From assembly GCA_964549305.1 (NCBI GenBank), contig CAZJVM010000039.1, forward strand, positions 1-11,835: DNA of 11,835 nt, in the 5' to 3' direction. Below are positions 8,296 through 11,835 of the stretch, in pieces. Within the stretch, counting starts at the first letter, position 1; every line of letters starts with the position of its first letter. Position numbers and translations under genes: made by a program. The notes below the pieces were generated by a model. It saw nothing but the letters and a program-made list of their open reading frames with translations, was not told where the DNA came from and ran no database searches. Source of the DNA: an uncultured bacterium (lineage in GTDB: Bacteria > Schekmanbacteria > GWA2-38-11 > J061).

Positions 8296-8312
8296 TTGAT
8301 AATTTTTATCAA
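8296..8312 (+). promoter_or_regulatory. Fur-box-like inverted repeat
   Basis: TTGATAA-TTT-TTATCAA. The core TGATAAT-T-TTTATCA matches the 7-1-7 Fur consensus TGATAATnATTATCA at 13 of 14 positions. It abuts the AGGA RBS at 8314-8317. Confidence 0.55.
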
Positions 8313-8327
8313 AAGGACTGATATATA

Positions 8328-8648
8328 ATGAATACTGAAAGTGATTTTAATAGAGGGTCAGCATTGAGGCGCGCCTGGATTTTTAAAGGCACGATACGCC
8401 GTTTTTTTATGGTGCGCTTCAGGAAAAAGTATGTAGAGGCACAGCTTGACAAAAGGCAGGGGCATTGTCTTCAGTGCGGAAGGTGCTGTGAGATGAGTTT
8501 CAAATGCCTGCTTCTCAAAAAATGCGACAAAGGCATATCGTGCAGAATTTATTTCAAGGGAAGGCCTTTGAGTTGCACACTTTTTCCCATTAACGAAAAA
8601 GACCTTGCCGACGTTGAAAACAACTGCGGATATTATTTTGAGCAATAA
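8328..8648 (+). CDS. Small CxxCxxCC cysteine-cluster protein (YkgJ/FliB-like, putative Zn or Fe-S binding)
   Basis: 106 aa with 9 Cys: C47LQC50GRC53C54, C60, C66, C72RIY..RP..C83..FP, C100. AGGA RBS upstream. Confidence 0.75.
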   Translation: MNTESDFNRGSALRRAWIFKGTIRRFFMVRFRKKYVEAQLDKRQGHCLQCGRCCEMSFKCLLLKKCDKGISCRIYFKGRPLSCTLFPINEKDLADVENNCGYYFEQ

Positions 8649-8654
8649 TTTTTC

Positions 8655-8692
8655 TTGACAAAATAGATTTGATGTATGAACATATGTTCATA
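8655..8692 (+). promoter_or_regulatory. Promoter with overlapping ArsR/SmtB operator
   Basis: TTGACA at 8655-8660. The perfect 18-bp palindrome TATGAACATATGTTCATA (8675-8692) contains the TGAA-N6-TTCA core known from SmtB/CzrA/ZiaR operators. It covers the expected -10 region and ends 20 bp before the regulator ATG. Confidence 0.85.
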
Positions 8693-8712
8693 TTTAGTTT
8701 AAAAGGTAAATA

Positions 8713-9102
8713 ATGAGTAACAAGACGAAAAAAAAGGAAGAGACAAGTTTATCAGACAATCAGTGTCTCACTCATATTATCGACAGAGAGAAAGTTGAGA
8801 AAGCGTCAAAAAAGATGCTTGTTGACGGTGATGTGATTGAACTTGCAGAGCTTTACAGGGCATTGGGAGATGGCACAAGAGTAAAGATTCTCTACGCCCT
8901 GTCATTAGCGGAATTCTGTGTCTGCGACATTTCGAGCCTTCTGGGAATGAGTCCTTCGGCGATATCGCACCAGCTCAGGATTTTAAGGTCTATGCGTTTG
9001 GTAAAAAACAGGCGTTCAGGCAGGGTAATCTATTACTCCCTTGACGATGAGCACGTGTTGAATCTTTTTGAAGAGGGATTGAAACATATAGAGCACGATT
9101 AA
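8713..9102 (+). CDS. ArsR/SmtB-family metalloregulatory repressor (CadC/ZiaR/CzrA-like)
   Basis: 129 aa with ALGDGTRVKIL, EFCVCD (alpha3 site), SAISHQLRILR helix-turn-helix and DEH-x10-H-x2-H (alpha5 site). Confidence 0.94.
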   Translation: MSNKTKKKEETSLSDNQCLTHIIDREKVEKASKKMLVDGDVIELAELYRALGDGTRVKILYALSLAEFCVCDISSLLGMSPSAISHQLRILRSMRLVKNRRSGRVIYYSLDDEHVLNLFEEGLKHIEHD

Positions 9103-9119
9103 TTTTTTTTCTTTTAAAA

Positions 9120-9137
9120 CATGAGGAATTGTTCAAA
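9120..9137 (+). promoter_or_regulatory. Possible second, degenerate ArsR/SmtB operator
   Basis: CATGAGGAATTGTTCAAA is 12/18 identical to the 8675-8692 palindrome with the same TGAN-N6-TTCA spacing. Confidence 0.45.
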
Positions 9138-9170
9138 TAATCAACTTTAAAAACGATAGGCATAAAGGTT

Positions 9171-11835
9171 ATGAGAGATGCAACGAATAAAAATGAAGTC
9201 ATTGCAAATCCAATAAACGGCAATGATTGCGAAAGATGCGAGAAACGCCTCAAGAAAAAGCTTTCTGTTGTAAAGGGCGTTTCGGAAGTTTCTTTTATCG
9301 ATGAGTCATCGAATATTAAGATAGCTTATGAGCCGAATCTCATAGAAGTGAACTTTCTCCGCGACATAGTGAAAAAAGAAGGCGTAGAAATTGAAGAGCG
9401 TTTCAAGCACGACACCGTTGAGCTTGAAGGACTTGACTGCCCCGACTGCGCGGCAAAGCTTGAGAGCGCTGTGAGCAAACTTGACGGAATCGATTGGTGT
9501 TCGGTAAATTATGCCGCGTCGAAGATGTACGTCGAATTCAGGCATGACGCTGTTTCTCTTTCGGAAATCATTTCAGTGGTAAAATCATTCGGCTATCGTG
9601 TAAAGGATGCCGGTTATTCTATCTCGTCGCGCAAAATGACCTTTAACATTCGCGGAATGGACTGCGCCGACTGCGCAATGAAACTGGAAAAACAATTAAG
9701 CAACCTTGAAGGCGTCGATGAGGCATGGGTTGATTTCAACCTTTCGAGAATGACAGTGAAATACAGCGAAGAGGCGGGAATGGCAGACAAGGTTATGCAT
9801 CTTGTTGACAGGGCGGGATATACGGCTTTTCCACTTTCAGAGGAAACAGCTGAAAAGGCATCTGTCGTTGGGTGGATAAAGAATGACAGAAAAGCCGTAA
9901 CCACCGTTTTCTGCGGACTTTTGATTCTCCTTGCCTATGTTGCGCGCTTTGCGGGATTTGAGCTTGGAGAAATAGGTTTTTACGCCGCGGCAATGCTTGT
10001 TGGCGGTTACTATGTGGCGCGTGCGGGCATAAGCGCCCTGCGATACAAGACAGTTGATATGAATTTTCTTATGACCATTGCCATTGCAGGCGCGGTTGCC
10101 ATAGGTGAGTGGGAAGAAGGCGCAATGGTCGTATTTCTTTTTTCTCTCGGTAACGTGCTTCAAAACTACACTATGGACAAGACGAGAAACTCCATTCGTT
10201 ATCTTATGGATCTTTCTCCGAAGGAAGCGAGAATCGAGCGCGGCGAAAGTCAGGTTTCCGTGCCGGTGTCCGAGGTGAAGGTGGGAGAAATAATGATAAT
10301 TCTTCCCGGAGAAAAGATTGCAATGGACGGAAAAATCGTAAGGGGAGAATCTGAATTGAACGAAGCGTCCATAACAGGAGAGTCGGTTCCTGCCGTAAAG
10401 CATGAAGGAGGCGAGGTTTTCGCGGGCACTATAAACGGCTCAGGCTCTCTTGAGGTTGAGATAACGAAACCATACGAGGAAACCACTCTCTCGAAGATAA
10501 TTCATCTTGTTGAGGAAGCGCAGGCGCAGAAGGCGCCTTCACAGCTTTTCATTGACGCTTTCGCGAAATATTATACACCCGCGGTTATTGTACTTGCGCT
10601 GTTGATTGTATTTACTCCGTCACTTTTTTTCGGCGCGGATTTCGCCACATGGTTTTACAAGGGGCTTATGCTTCTCGTAATTGCCTGCCCCTGCGCGCTT
10701 GTAATTTCCACTCCCGTTTCCATAGTTTCGGCAATCGGCAACGCTTCTAAAAACGGAGTGTTGATCAAGGGAGGTGTACATCTTGAAGAAGCGGGCAGAG
10801 TCAGGGCAATTGCATTTGACAAGACGGGGACTTTAACGAAGGGACACGCGGGAATTACGGATATTGTTTCCTTTAACGGCGCCGATGACACGCAGATACT
10901 TACATATGCCGCGTCTATTGAACAGCGCTCGGAGCACCCGATTGGAAAGATAATAAAGATTGAAGCCGAACTTATGGGTTTGACGCTTTACAAGACTGAT
11001 AAATCAAAAGCCCTGACGGGACAGGGAATGGAAGCCGAGATTGATGGCAAGATGTTTTATATCGGCAGCAGGCGGCTAATCGAGGGAAAATCGACGGGAT
11101 TAGGCGCCGAAGAGGAGAAGAAAGTCTCCGGCCTTGAATCGGAAGGAAAAACCGTACTTCTTGTTGCCAACGGCAAGGGAGTGATGGGAGCAATTGCTCT
11201 TCGCGATATGATTAGAGAAGACAGCGCCGAAGCGATTGCGGAGCTCAAAAAAGCGGGAATGAAAAAAATCGTGATGCTCACCGGTGACAATGAAAGGACT
11301 GCCGGGGCAGTCGCGGGACAGCTTGGAATTACCGATTACAGAGCGCAACTCATGCCTCAGGATAAGGTTTCCGTGATAACTGACCTTAAGAAAGAACATA
11401 AATCAATCGCGATGGTCGGCGAAGGAATAAACGACGCGCCGGCGCTAGCCGCCTCGGATGTGGGAATAGCAATGGGCGTTGCCGGTACCGATACGGCACT
11501 GGAAACAGCAGACATTGCCCTTATGTCCGATGATATGCTCAAGATTGCCTATACGATGAATCTGAGCAGAAAGGCGCTCGGAATAATAAAGGGAAACATC
11601 GCCTTTTCTCTCATTGTAAAAGCAGTATTCTTTGTTCTTGTTTTTGCCGGTCTTGCCAATCTCTGGCTTGCCGTGCTTGCCGATACGGGAACTTCTCTTG
11701 TAGTTATCTTTAACGGTATGAGACTGCTCAGATTCGGAAAGAAGAAAAAAGACGAAGCGAAGGAAATTCAGACACACGCGCAGGAATGTGGCGATGAATG
11801 CGACTGCGGACATGATCATGACCACGAACACGATG
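9171..11835 (+). CDS. cadA: Heavy-metal translocating P1B-2 type ATPase (Zn/Cd/Pb; CadA/ZntA family), 3' end beyond the window
   Basis: Hand-translated stop-free frame of 888 codons from ATG 9171 to the window edge. Motifs: three HMA motifs (GNDCERC, GLDCPDC, GMDCADC), TGES (10374), CPCALVISTP (10686), DKTGT (10818), SEHP, TGDN, GEGINDAPALA (11418), TM Lys (LIVK) and ADTG. Confidence 0.95.
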   Translation, partial: MRDATNKNEVIANPINGNDCERCEKRLKKKLSVVKGVSEVSFIDESSNIKIAYEPNLIEVNFLRDIVKKEGVEIEERFKHDTVELEGLDCPDCAAKLESAVSKLDGIDWCSVNYAASKMYVEFRHDAVSLSEIISVVKSFGYRVKDAGYSISSRKMTFNIRGMDCADCAMKLEKQLSNLEGVDEAWVDFNLSRMTVKYSEEAGMADKVMHLVDRAGYTAFPLSEETAEKASVVGWIKNDRKAVTTVFCGLLILLAYVARFAGFELGEIGFYAAAMLVGGYYVARAGISALRYKTVDMNFLMTIAIAGAVAIGEWEEGAMVVFLFSLGNVLQNYTMDKTRNSIRYLMDLSPKEARIERGESQVSVPVSEVKVGEIMIILPGEKIAMDGKIVRGESELNEASITGESVPAVKHEGGEVFAGTINGSGSLEVEITKPYEETTLSKIIHLVEEAQAQKAPSQLFIDAFAKYYTPAVIVLALLIVFTPSLFFGADFATWFYKGLMLLVIACPCALVISTPVSIVSAIGNASKNGVLIKGGVHLEEAGRVRAIAFDKTGTLTKGHAGITDIVSFNGADDTQILTYAASIEQRSEHPIGKIIKIEAELMGLTLYKTDKSKALTGQGMEAEIDGKMFYIGSRRLIEGKSTGLGAEEEKKVSGLESEGKTVLLVANGKGVMGAIALRDMIREDSAEAIAELKKAGMKKIVMLTGDNERTAGAVAGQLGITDYRAQLMPQDKVSVITDLKKEHKSIAMVGEGINDAPALAASDVGIAMGVAGTDTALETADIALMSDDMLKIAYTMNLSRKALGIIKGNIAFSLIVKAVFFVLVFAGLANLWLAVLADTGTSLVVIFNGMRLLRFGKKKKDEAKEIQTHAQECGDECDCGHDHDHEHD

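Noticed and set aside
8364-8420. Twin-arginine-like LRRAWIF / IRRFFM in the Cys-cluster protein
   Set aside because: No hydrophobic h-region or cleavage site follows, so it is not a credible Tat signal.
9121-9150. Upstream ATG at 9121 as ATPase start or leader peptide
   Set aside because: Out of frame with the ATPase, stops after 9 codons, has no RBS, and overlaps the candidate second operator.
8990-11831. Series of minus-strand ORFs (e.g. 9837-10403, 11445-11831)
   Set aside because: All lie antisense to the ArsR gene or to the continuous P-type ATPase frame that the track missed for lack of a stop codon.

Overview
Bacterial chromosomal window, probably from an anaerobe, with eight supportable CDS. 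In order: a CofG-type radical SAM enzyme (+); carA coupled to a PlsC-type acyltransferase (-); an unknown lipoprotein (+); a ~1400-aa protein with two CoA-activase ATPase domains and two reductase/dehydratase-like domains (-); a small CxxCxxCC Cys-cluster protein (+); an ArsR/SmtB metal sensor with a perfect palindromic operator (+); and a Zn/Cd/Pb-type P1B ATPase (+). The ATPase is absent from the ORF track because it runs off the right edge. The best leads are three. (1) The giant activase has the architecture of anaerobic ether-lipid enzymes (PlsA-PlsR fusion/Ger), with an acyltransferase nearby and a divergent Cys-cluster gene that has a Fur-like box. (2) The ATPase has three HMA domains, GEGIND instead of GDGxND, and a Cys/His-rich C-terminal tail. 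(3) cofG has no other cof gene in the window. No RNA genes, mobile elements or CRISPR arrays were seen. All family calls come from motif recognition by eye, not database searches.
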